Shown here piece by piece: positions 42,514-64,000 of a DNA stretch of 64,000 nucleotides. The stretch comes from the human T2T-CHM13v2.0 reference genome, Homo sapiens: the NCBI RefSeq assembly GCF_009914755.1, contig NC_060940.1; one strand, given 5' to 3'. Every line of letters starts with the position of its first letter. Within the stretch, counting starts at the first letter, position 1. Under the pieces are notes generated by a model that was given only the letters and a program-made list of their open reading frames with translations, was not told the origin of the DNA and did no database searches. The position numbers were made by a program, and so were the translations under genes.

Positions 42514-45001
42514 TGAGACAGAGTCTCGCTCTGTCACCCAGGCTGGAATGCAGTGGCGTGACCTGTGCTTACTGTACCTTCTGCCTCCTAGGTTCAAGCG
42601 ATTCTCCTGCCTCAGTCTCCTGAGTAGCTGGGATTACAGGCACGCACCACCACACCTGGCTAGTTTTTGTATTTTTAGTAGAGATGGGGTTTCAACATGT
42701 TGGCCAGGCTGGTCTTGAACTCCTGGCCTCAGGTGGTCCGCCCACTTCGGCCTCCCAAAGTGCTGGGATTACAGGCTTGAGCCACTGCACCCAGCCAATA
42801 TCATATAATTTCATATGAATAGTTCTTTGTGTATCTTTAGATAAGGACTTAAAAGAAGGCATAATCGTAACACCATTATTAATACCTAAAAGAAGTGAGC
42901 AATAAATAATTCATTTGCCGTATCAAATATCCAATGTTCATATTTCCTCCATTGTCCCATAATAATTTTTAAAAGTTTGCTCAAATCAAAATCCAAACAA
43001 GATTATTTCAAAGCATTGTTTGAGGTACATTTTAAATCTTAATTTATAGATTTCTCTGCTGTCTCTTTTCCCCCATATTTATTTGTTGAAGAAACCAAGC
43101 GTTGTTTCCTATGGACTTTCCTACTCTCTGGATTTTGCTGGTTATATTCCTCTGGTATCAGTTTACTATGATCCCTTTTTCCCCTGTATTTTCTGTAAAT
43201 TTGTAACTAGATCTAGAGATTTGTTTAGATTTTGTGGGTTTTTTTTTTTTTTTTTTTTTTTTGCAAAAATGCATCATAAATGGTGGTGTGTACATCTCTC
43301 AGAAGACACATATCTTAATGTCTTTTTGTGGTATTAGTTATTAATGATTACTGCCTATATTTATTAATTCATTATTTGGATTGTAAGTTTATGATAGTCT
43401 CTTGATCCTTTTTCTGTTGTTAGCTGGAATGCTTCTAAAAGGAGAAGCCTTTCCTCTTCAAGCTACTTGGTTGTCTTGAGGGTTTGCTTCTTATAGGGAA
43501 AGCAGGCTAAGGGTGAAAAAGGAAATAGTTTCTAACTGGGTCTGTTAATGAGCTGTCACCCCAGGCAAAGAGAAGCAAGGCAGGTCACAGGAAAGTGAAG
43601 TGGGCTTGGGATGATTGGTGCCCCATGCGTGCATGCATGAAGGGAAGTTAATCCTCCCTGTAGTGAACTCTACTGGGCTTTTGGTCAGTAGCCAAGACTG
43701 TCAAGGAAGACCTTTGTCAGAAGCCATACCTGGCCTTTGCTTTTAGCTGTTGGTAGCTGAAGGAAACCAGAACAGACCTATGACCTGTGAACTTCTGCTC
43801 AGTAGACAAAGTTCTCTCAGCCTAAATTCAGTAAGCAGGAGTAAGATGCTTGCTTTCCCTTGAAGTGAAACGTGAATTATATGTTTCTTCAACTTGTGCT
43901 AATATTCTTTTTTTTTTTGAGATGGAGTCTCACACTGTCTCCCAGGCTGGAGTGCAGTGGTGCAATCTCCGCTCACTGCAACCTCAGCCTCCCGAGTAGC
44001 TGGGATTACAGGCGCCTGCCACCACGCCTGGCTAATTTTTTGTATTTTTAGCAGAGATGGGGTTTCACTATGTTGGCCAGGCTGGACTTGAACTCCTGAC
44101 CTCACGATCTGCCTGCCTCGGTCTCCCAAAGTGCTGGGATTACAAGCGTGAGCCACCACACCTGGGCAACTTGTGCTAATATTCTTAACCTTCATGTGAA
44201 TCATTCCTGCCCTCAGGCTAGCATAACCCATACAGCCTTCCTTATAGGAAGATTTCCTACTGGGAGTGAATTTGTCCAGTGATTCCCCCAAGATATCCCC
44301 CAATCAAATATTTTAAAAGTCATCATTTACATGTAAAAACTATGTAACAAGCATGGTAGCAGCAGCGTTAAAGAAATGGCAGTATGGCCCCTGTAAGGGA
44401 AGGCTCCAGAAGATGAGCCGCACTCAGCCTCTAGGTCACAGCTACCTTAGGAGTTTGCAGTTGTTCCTGGGGAAGTCAGTAGACAAAGCTATCTCTCAGG
44501 CCTGGGCAAGATAGGGATTTTTTTTTTTTCTTTGAGATGGAGTCTCACCCTGTCATCCAGGCTGGAGTGCAGCAGCATGATCTCGGTTCACCACAACCTC
44601 CACCTCCTGGGTTCAAGTGATTTTACTGCCTCAGCCTCCTGAGTAGCTGGGACTACAGGTGCGGGCCATCATGCCTGGCTCATTTTTGTATTTTTAGTAG
44701 AGATGGGGTTTCACCATGTTGGCTAGGCTAGTCTCAAACTCCTGACCTCAGGTGATCCACCTGCCTCCCAGAGTGCTGGGATTATAGGCATGAGCCACTG
44801 TGCCCAGTGTTTTTTTTTTTTTTAATTGTAGTGACAGGATCTCACTTTGTTTCCTGGGCTATTCCCAAACTCCAGGCCTCAAGCCGTCCTCCTACCTTAG
44901 CCTCCCAGAGTGCTGGGGTTACAGGTTTGACCCACTGTGCCTAGTCTCAGAATTCATGTTTTTAAAAGTCACTCTGTGCCAGGCTCATGCCTGTAATCCT
45001 A

Positions 45002-45271
<270 letters not shown>

Positions 45272-45427
45272 TTAGTGGAGAATGGAAGCTGGGAAACATG
45301 GTGGTTCTTGCTAAGTCAGTATCAAGGGATCACAGATGAGGGGGCTATTTCGTCCTAATAAGGGCCTTGGTCTCCCAGATAGTCATGGATTTTTCTATTT
45401 AGAAGCTCCTTCTCAGTTTTTCTTGCC

Positions 45428-46325
45428 CGGTTGATATTTGTACAACACAGGCTGGATCTGTATGGGTCCACTTATATGTGGATTTTTTTTCAACCAAACT
45501 TGGATTAAAAATATAGTTGTAGGCCAGGCACAGTGACTTATGCCTGTAAGCCTAGCACTTTGGGAGCCCAAGGCAGGCGGATCAGCTGAGGTCAGGAGTT
45601 TGAGACCAGCCTGGCCAATGTGGTGAAACCATGTGCCTACTAAAAATACAAAAAATAGCTGGGTGTGGTGGTGTGCACTTGTAATCCCAGCTACTCAGGA
45701 GGCTGAAGCCAGAGAATTGCTTGAACCCGGGAGGTGGAGGTTGCAGTGAGCTAACGCAGCAGAGGTTGCAGTGAGCTAACGCAGCAGAGGTTGCAGTGAG
45801 CCAACGGGGTGGAGGTTGCAGTGAGCCAAGATTGCACCACCACACTCTAGCCTGTGTGACAGAGCAAGACTCTGTCTCAAAAATAAATAAATAAAAATAC
45901 AGTGTAGGCCAGGTATAGTGGCTCATGCCTATAATCCCAGAACTTTGAGAGGCCAAGGCAGGCAGATCAGTTGAAGCCAGGAGTTTGAGACCAACCTGGC
46001 TAACATGGTAGAACCCCACCTCTACTAAACAGAAGTACAGAAATTAACCAGGCATAGGTGGTGCATGCCTGTAATCCCAGCTGCTTGCTAAACTGAGGCA
46101 GGAGAATTGGGAGGCAGAGGTTGCAGTGAGCTATGATTGTGCCACTGGACTCCAGACTGGGTGACAGAGCGAGACTCTGTCTCCAAGAGAAAAAAAAAAA
46201 TTGTACTTACAGGACATGAAACCCACCTGTACGGTGTGCTGACTGGGAGACTGGAGTATGCATAGTTCTTGGTAAACAAGGGGATTCCTGAAACCAATCC
46301 CCTGAGTATATGGAGGGTTGACTAT
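45428..46325 (+). mobile_element. MER2/Tigger-like MITE interrupted by two Alus
   Basis: GGGTCCACTTATATGTGGATTTTTTTTCAAC...CCTGAAACCAATCCCCTG...GGAGGGTTGACTATA. Confidence 0.6.
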
Positions 46326-46349
46326 ATATTTTAATAGAATTTATTACTT

Positions 46350-51975
<5,626 letters not shown>

Positions 51976-52374
51976 CTACTTTTTTTTTTTTTTTTTTTTT
52001 TAAAGAAAAGCTGGCCAGGTGCAGTGGCTTATGCCTGTACTCCAGCACTTTGGGAGGCGTAAGTGGGAGGATCACTTGAGGTCAGGAGTTTGAGACCAGC
52101 CTGGGCAACATATAGAGACTTCACTTGCACAACAAATTTTTAAAATATTAGTTGGGTATGGTGGCATATACCTGTATATGGCTGAAGTGGGAGGATTGCT
52201 TGAGCCCTGGAGGTTGAGGCTACATGAGCCATGATCGCACCACTGTACTCCAGCCTGGGCAACAGAGTGAAATTTTGTTCTCTCTTGAAAAGAAAAAAAA
52301 AGTTGATGACATAAAGTTCATTCATCTTTTTTGTATGTGACTTCAAAATAACTACTGATGGTTAAAAAAAAAAT

Positions 52375-52835
52375 CAGAATGATGCAACCCAAGTGTCCAT
52401 CAATGGATGAATAGATAATATGTGGTGTATGAATACAATGGGCTACTATTATTCAGCCTTTAAAAATAAGAAAATGCTGACACTGCTGTAACATGGATGA
52501 ACGTTCAGATCATTATGCTAAATGAGAAAAGCCAGACACAAAAGGACAAATATTGCATGATTGCACTTATATGAGGTATCTGGAATATAAGAGTCATAGA
52601 AACAGTAATTCAGTAATTAGAATAATGCTTGCCAGGGCCTGTGGGGAGGAGGGAATGAGGAATTCATGTTTAATGGGTACAGAGTTTCATTTGGAAAAGA
52701 TTAAAAAGTTATGGAGGTGGATGGTGGTGAGGATTGCACAACAGTGTGAATGTACTTAATACCACTGAACTGTACACCTAAAAATGATTAAAATGGTACA
52801 TTTTATGTTACATATGTTTTACAACAATTTTTACA
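52375..52835 (+). mobile_element. L1MB 3' end, sense
   Basis: CAACCCAAGTGTCCATCAATGGATGAATAGATA...ACTGAACTGTACACCTAAAAATG. Confidence 0.8.
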
Positions 52836-52914
52836 GATGGAAAAAAATTATAAAAAACATCAGGATGGTGTTGACAGTGAAAAGGTTAAAGAGTTACTTT
52901 AAAAATTTACTTTA

Positions 52915-53267
<353 letters not shown>

Positions 53268-53449
53268 TTAATTTTCATTTGTAATTGACTTGATAGAACA
53301 CACTAATGTTCAGTTAAGATTTCTTATGGTGTGGTGAGGAGTAGGATTTTTATGTAAATAAGCCCAAAATTGTATATATGAGGTTAATCTGATATTTGCA
53401 GAAGATATTCATGCATTACTGTAAGGACCACTCTGCTTATTCATTTGAC

Positions 53450-53640
53450 CGATTTGTTACAACATGGTTAGAAATCATCAAGGTGTTTGAGATCAAAGGA
53501 TCTTCAGAGGTGATTTACTCCAATCCTTTTTTAAAAAATTAATAACTTGAGCCTCAGAGAAGTTAAGTGACATTACCAAGTTCTGCTGTTAGTATAGTGA
53601 CTTTATCTTTACCTGAATCCAGGGTTTCTTAGCCCTAGTC
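53450..53640 (-). mobile_element. MIR fragment
   Basis: MIR core CTCAGAGAAGTTAAGTGACATTACCAAG. Confidence 0.55.
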
Positions 53641-54283
53641 TGTAATGTGTCCTAGTGTGCCTCTAGAATCTGGTCCTGTCAGCCCAAGTCTGTTAAATCA
53701 AATAAAACCAGGGCTTGGTGCTTCACCTTGTCTTCTGCCATACCGTTGGGTTTCCTGTGGACCATGCAGATAATGATGATGGGCTCAGTGGGCTTGATAG
53801 TGATAACTCCTAAAGCAGCTCCTTCTAAGTGCGGTTCTCAATCTGAGGAAGTTAAAAAAAAAATTAGTGACTAGAACCCACTTCTCAGGTACTCTGATAA
53901 AATACATTTGTAGGGGAGTGATAGTTTTCACTTTCTTTTTTTCTTTTTCTTTTTTTTTTTGAGATGGCGTCTCGCTCTTTTGCCCAGGCTGGAGTGCAAT
54001 GGTGCGATCTTAGCTTACTGCAACCTCTGCCTCCCAGTTTCAAGTGATTCTTCTGCCTTAGCTTCCTGAGTAGCTGAGATTACAGGTGTGTGCCACCATG
54101 CCTGGCTAATTTTTGTATTTTTATTAGAGACGGGATTTCACCATGGTTGGTCAGGTTGGTCTCGAACTCCTAACCTTGTGATCTGCCTGCCTCAGCCTCC
54201 CAGAGTGCTGGGATTACAGGCATGAGCCACTGTGCCCAGCCTTCACATATTTTTTGAAATAATAGGCCAGTTGCGGTGGTTCA

Positions 54284-54604
<321 letters not shown>

Positions 54605-56729
54605 CTATTAAACTATAGGTTCCCAAACCTGGCCAATTGTCAAAATCCCTCAAGAAGGGGCAGTGGGGTCTAAGGGACCCCATTGCTGTAGAGGAGATTA
54701 GTAGTCCAAGAGTGAGATGAACTGTTGGAAGTCCTCAAACTTCCAAACTATTAAAATAGAATAGTTTTGCTTCCTCAAAATAGAATAGTTTTCTTCCTCA
54801 CTGATTTTTCTGTATTGATTAGAACCATAACAAGTGAATTAAACAACTACAAAATAGTTATGTGGGCCACAGACATTATTGTAATGAAGTGAAGTTTGGC
54901 TCAGGCCTTGTAACACAATTGCTTTTTGGATTAAAAGTAAAAATATTAAATTGTGAAATTATGTGTAAGTTTTAAAAAATTGGTCTTGTACAAAAGTGTT
55001 GGGTTTTTCTTTGTTTTTAACTGGATTTGTTTTTAAGCAAGACAGAATATTTATATTGTTGGAGAGTCACAAAGGAGGTGTGTTTGTGGATTTAAATGTG
55101 GAGACAGTGTGCCTTGAAATGCCCTTTATCAGTCTGATTCAAGCCACCTGCAATCATGGATTTGAACTTTTTTTTTTTTTTCCCCTGAGATAGGGTTGCC
55201 TAGGCTGGGGTGCAGTGGTGTGATCTTGGCTCACTGCAACCTCTGGCTCAGCCTCTTGGAGTACCTGGGACTATAGGCACACAACATCATATCCAGCTAT
55301 TGTATTTTTTTTTTTTTTTTTTTTTATAGAGACAGAGTTTCACCATGTTGTCCAGGCTGGTCTTGAACTCCTGAGCTCAAGCAACTCACCTGCCTCGGCC
55401 TTCCAGAGTGCTGAGATTATAGGTGTGAGCCACCATGCCCAGCCTTCACTTTATTTAAAAACCATAGTTTTTAAAAGCCACATTCCTACTGATGAACACA
55501 GAGGTTGTTTCCAGTGTTTTCATTTGCAGGGCTGTAGTGATTGTTTTTGCACATGCCTCTTTATGTACATGTGCTGTGTCTTCTGGGACAGAGAGTGGAC
55601 ATTTTAAGTGTTTTATTGGTCCTGCTAAATTGTCTTTCAGCCAAACTGCTGCAGAGGTGATGGAGATGAGGTGGGTACTCAGGAGAATTATGCTCAGTGC
55701 TTGTGTGCTAGTCACTGACCTGGAAACATTTTATTAAAAATGCTAGATTAGGTTAGTGATGTAAATACCAGGTGATAGTAACCAGAATAATTGTGTCAAA
55801 ACATCAAGAATCATCAAGAGATGCCAGGCATGGTGGCTCATGCCTGTAATCTCAGCCCTTTAGTAGGAGGCCGAGGTGGGCAGATTGCTTGAGCTCAGGA
55901 GTTCAAGACCAGCCTAGGCAACATGGTGAAACCCTGTCTCTACCAAAAATACAAAAATTTGCTGGATGCAGTGGTACGTGCATGTGGTCCCAGCTACTCA
56001 GTAGGCTGAGGCGGGAGGATCGCTTGAGCCTGGGAGGCAGAGGTTGCAGTGAGCCAAGACTACACTACAGCCCGGGCAACAGAGTGAAACCCTGCCATAA
56101 AAAAAGGAGAAAAAGAATCATCAAGAGAAAACTTAATTTGATGTGCTCTGCGTTTTCTTTGGTGCTTCATGTCAGTGTTAGAAACTATAGGTTGTATATT
56201 TATTAATTTTTCTCCTACATTTGTTCAACTTGACTAAAATATTAACTCCAAATGCCTAGAATTTCAAAATACCTCTTCGTTATAAAGTATCAACTATTTC
56301 TTAGTCCCCTTAAGCTGATAGTATTGTGTCATTGTAAAAGATCCCTTGTGAAAAATAATTTTTGTCAACATGAAAGGTCTTAATGTGTCTCCTAGTTTAC
56401 ATTTTACATGGTCTTTTCCATGTATTTATATAGTTGACATATATAGCTTTTTTTGTAAATACACTTTCCTATGTGAACATGCCAAGGTTTACTTAAGCAT
56501 TCTCTTATTCTTGGACATCTAAATTGCTTCTTATTTTCTATTGTAAATAAAGTGCTAGAAGCTTCTTTCCTGAAAAGTTATTTACTTTTCACCTAGTATT
56601 TCCATCTGTGTTCCTCAAAATAAGATTGCTGAGATTCATGTATGTTGCCAGAAAGATTGTGAGGTTTAACAGTGAATGAGGAAAACTTTTAACACTCAAG
56701 GTCTACCAAGTACAGCAAGTTTTATTTTA

Positions 56730-56731
<2 letters not shown>

Positions 56732-56770
<39 letters not shown>
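56732..56770 (+). repeat. (T)39 homopolymer (antisense Alu tail)
   Basis: Read directly from the sequence. Confidence 0.9.
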
Positions 56771-56771
<1 letters not shown>

Positions 56772-56777
56772 AGTTAG

Positions 56778-57141
<364 letters not shown>

Positions 57142-57449
57142 TGAGCCTCCCAAAGTGCTGGGATTACAGGTGTGAGCCACCGTGCCTGGCTGCTTTCTTG
57201 TATTTTATCTTGCTGTAGCGGTTGTGGGATTTTTGCCTGGTGTGTTCATTGGAGTGTGTGTGTGTGTTTTGAGATGTATGACTGTGTTGGTTGTGTTGTC
57301 ATACTTTGAAGGTTCATTAATGTGCTAGTCTTTCTATTTTTCTTGTTATACTTAGTCACTTAAAAACCCTTTTTTTTTTTTTTTGGAATTCTTATTTTTA
57401 CAGTACTTTGAATTCCTGTTTTATTAATCACCTTCTTATCTGAAAGTGA

Positions 57450-57758
<309 letters not shown>

Positions 57759-57759
57759 C

Positions 57760-58755
<996 letters not shown>

Positions 58756-59874
58756 ATCTAGGAGTATCCCCACTTTTGGTTCTGAGTGTTAATTGAGCCT
58801 GTTGTGTTCTCACATTCCCTGTACTTAGATGGAAATAGTGCTTTGCCTAAAAAGAAAATAAAAGACCTGATTGTGCAGGCGAGTGAGAAAGAGAGAGAGG
58901 CGCTAGGGTTATTTCCACCCTGATACTCTTTGGGTAGTCTTGGTATGACTAGCAAAGAAGCAAGCTCCAAGTTGTAGTTTGCTTCCAAGTTTCTGGCTTC
59001 TGTGGGAATTTCTGCATCTAAGTAATGACAATTTTCAGTTACTTGCAGTAAGTAAATTATCAACCAATCTTACTGTGTATTACTAGCCTAGTAGGAATTT
59101 ACTTGTATATCGAGAGGAATGCTGCAGCTTTCACCTTACTTCTAATGGGGATTAATGCTTACTTAACTTGCAGTTTTGGAGGCAAGTACAAAGTACAGGA
59201 CCAATTATGGTCATGAAGTGAGAGAGAAGTCTGGCTAGTGAATGGTGATTGGCAACTCCAGTTGACTGTTCATGGCATCTTAGATCTGTGAGGAGGGAGG
59301 AGGGAAGGAAAGTTCAAGCTGGTCTTTATGGTAAGTTCTGGAACATTTCCCTGTGTCAATGGGTCATCTGTTCATTCACTGTGTGAAATGGTTGAGGGAA
59401 GTTTTAATTTACATGCTTCCTTATTGTGTAAACCTTTGATTTTTAGTGATTTCAGAGTTTGTTTTTATAATTACTTAACACGTGAAGAGGATGCAGAGTA
59501 ACGTATCGAAGCTCTGGTTACCTTCCACTGGGATTTGACACATTTGATTTCCTTTATTCCCTCCTTCCTTCCCTTCCTCCCTCTCTCTTTTCTTAAGGAA
59601 TGCAACTACTCAGATTCACCTGCACACCCTTGGCATACCTCTCACTCCCCCTTACCCCCACTTCCTCAGAGGTGACCTGTCCTCAGAGGCAAATGTGTGC
59701 CCTTTCCATCCGTACTTTTATGCTCTCATCTATGTTTACATCTATTAGTACACTATTGTCTGTATTTTTAAACATTACATAAATGGTGTAATTTTTACTT
59801 TTAATTCTGTAGTGGTGTTTCTCAAATTAAGTTCTGCACAAAACATTTTTATAGATATCCAGTGTTAGCTTAAC

Positions 59875-61550
<1,676 letters not shown>

Positions 61551-61576
61551 AGTTATTTTTATTATTATGTTACTTA

Positions 61577-61714
<138 letters not shown>

Positions 61715-64000
61715 TTAAAAAAAGAAGAAAAAAAAACCTCTGATGCATAAAATATTTAAACTTGTATGCATTCTTTTCTTTCTTTATTTTTTAAAAATTG
61801 AGACAGCAGCTTACTCTGTTGTCCAGGCTGGTCTTGAACTCCTGGGCTCAAGCAGTTCCTCTCACCTTGGCCTGCAGTGCTGAGATGACAGGTGTGAACC
61901 ACTACACCTGGCCTGCTTACAGATTATAAAAAGAAAATAAGTTTACAAGTTAAAGACAGATAAAATGACAAAATCAGTAAAATTAAAATTACTTTTATGG
62001 AGCCGATGATGTTTATTCCAGTTGCTCCGCTCATTGTGAATATGGTATTGTTGCTGCGGCAGATTTGGAGGCCGTGGCAGATTTGGAGGCTTTGGCAATG
62101 GCTTCTGTTACCTTGCCATGAGGTAACTCAGTTCCCTCATCACTTTTCTCTGAGAACTATAAAACCTTGGAGGGGTGCCTTCTGCCCTTCGCTTGGCATG
62201 TATATTATGCAGGGATCAGGTCTTACTCCGTTCTTGATTGTTAGTACAAATTAGTTAAAATCGTATTGTTTGGCCTTAGCCTGATGGTAAACACAACAGC
62301 ACACGTGGGCTGTGAAATCTCTGGGCAGCTCTGTGTTTCTAGGGAAGCATCTCGATGATCCAGAACAGGCTTATACTAATGTTTTAGTGTAATTTTGAAA
62401 TGAAAACACAGCATTTAAAAATTCTTATAGAGAATGTATAGACCTTGAGAAGTGTTAGCAGACCCAGTTTACGACATGTCTCAATATTATGAAACATTGC
62501 TTTATTCCCTATCCTGCTTGTACATTTAATTTTTTCATCCAGTTTTAAACAACTTGGGTACTGTGGCCTGTGCCTGTATTCCCAGCTACTAGGGAGGCTG
62601 AGGCAGGAGGATTGCTTGAGCACAGGACTTTGAGGGCTGTAGTGAGCTGTGATTGTGCCTGTGAATAGCCATTGTGCTCCAGCCTGGGCAACATAGCAAG
62701 ACCCTGATACCTTGGGTTTTTAAAAAACAAAACAAGATACATGCTGACATTTCTGGTTTGGCAGGCAGAGCTTGTTCTGCTCCCCACCCTCCCTTTTCCC
62801 ATAGTAACCATTTATAGGACATCTCACTGTTGTCTACTCTGTGTTGCCTCTGCTTCCCTGCCTGGTAGATCTAGGAATCTTAGGATTTCTTAGTTTTAGC
62901 TGGTGATCCGTATCTTTTTCTTAATTCCATTGTAACTTCAGCTTTTCTTATTGCTTGTAGGAAGGCTGTTTCCATTGAATACAAACAAAATAAAAGCTTT
63001 TATTCTTAATCTTAGAGATAGGATGTTTGTATTTAAAAATAATTGTGCTGTCAAAATTCTGTCAAGTTGGCTTTTACCACATTAGTTTTTTTTAATGTGG
63101 TTTATATGACCCTGGAGTACCTTGTCTTCTCACTGTTAAATTCTCAACTGAGTTGTCCCTATTTAAAGTGTGAGACTGTGCCAGTTTGATTTTAAAATAT
63201 TGCAAGTGCGTTATGGCAAGATAAAACTGCAAAGAAAGAACCTTCATGTCCCTTTGATTATAAATGCTTTTGGCACTTGTTTCTACTTTTTCCTAATGTT
63301 TTTTGAGGAAAGAACCTCCAACTCTCCAGACAGGTCTGGGGGCAAATGACTAAAACATGAACTGAGGCCCTGGGCTGTCTCTGTGAGGATATCCCCTCTA
63401 TTCTCTCTGAAATGTCCCAGCATGTGGTGCATTTCTTGTTAGTGTGGACTCCTCTGTATATAACACATCTTATTTATCTTCTGTGCATAACATGAAGTAG
63501 TGCCCTAATGCAATTCCAGGATGTAATTCAGCATTTCTATAAAAATACAGTGTTTTTCTACATTTGCATCAAAAAATAACCAGATAATTATATTTATTAA
63601 GAAAATAGCATTTTTGGCTGGGTGTGGTAGCTCACGTAATCCCAGCACTTTGGGAGGCCGAGGCAGGCAGATCACTTGAGGTCAGGAGTGAGGCAGGCAG
63701 ATCACTTGAGATCAGGAGTTCGAGACCAGCCTGGCCAACATGGTGAAACCCCATCTCTACTAAAAATGCAAAATTAGCCTGGCGTAGTGGTGCATGCCTG
63801 TAATCCTAGCTACTCAGGAGACTGAGGCAGGAGAATCACTTGAACTTGGGAAGGGGAGATTGCAGTGAGCTGAGATTGTGCCACTGCACTCCAGCCTAGG
63901 CAACAGAGTGAGACTCTGTTTCAAAAAAAAAAAAAAAGAAAAGAAAAGAAAGAAAGAAATGTATTTTTGGTATTTGTTTTCACAAACTAGAGCATTTATG

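Noticed and set aside
45737-45830. CRISPR-like repeat-spacer pattern
   Set aside because: Eukaryotic Alu-derived tandem duplication with no unique spacers

Overview
Primate (very likely human) Alu-saturated genomic DNA containing the 5' end of TENT4B/PAPD5 on the + strand; the gene is recognised from its exon-1 peptide, and chr16q12 is recalled, not verified. The CpG-island promoter lies at ~26.3-28.25 kb. It holds a small upstream alternative coding exon (26790-26869) and the main first coding exon (27467-28104). Intron 1 follows and runs off the window end, filled with Alu, old L1, MIR/L2 and DNA-transposon fragments. Upstream is a decayed minus-strand ERV-L/MLT2 provirus (~2.56-14.95 kb) carrying nested LTRs, L1, Tigger4 and Alus. 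The main findings are: (1) an Alu-Alu-mediated internal inversion in the provirus, shown by four independent markers; (2) an RPL10 retrocopy that begins inside the intronic snoRNA SNORA70 and keeps the intron 3' end but has the last exons spliced; (3) alternative TENT4B N-termini, a NAGNAG acceptor and an open CAG/poly-G-containing leader; (4) a (UG)26 tract next to a strong cryptic 3' splice site in intron 1. Repeat subfamily names come from recalled consensus motifs, and their boundaries are approximate.
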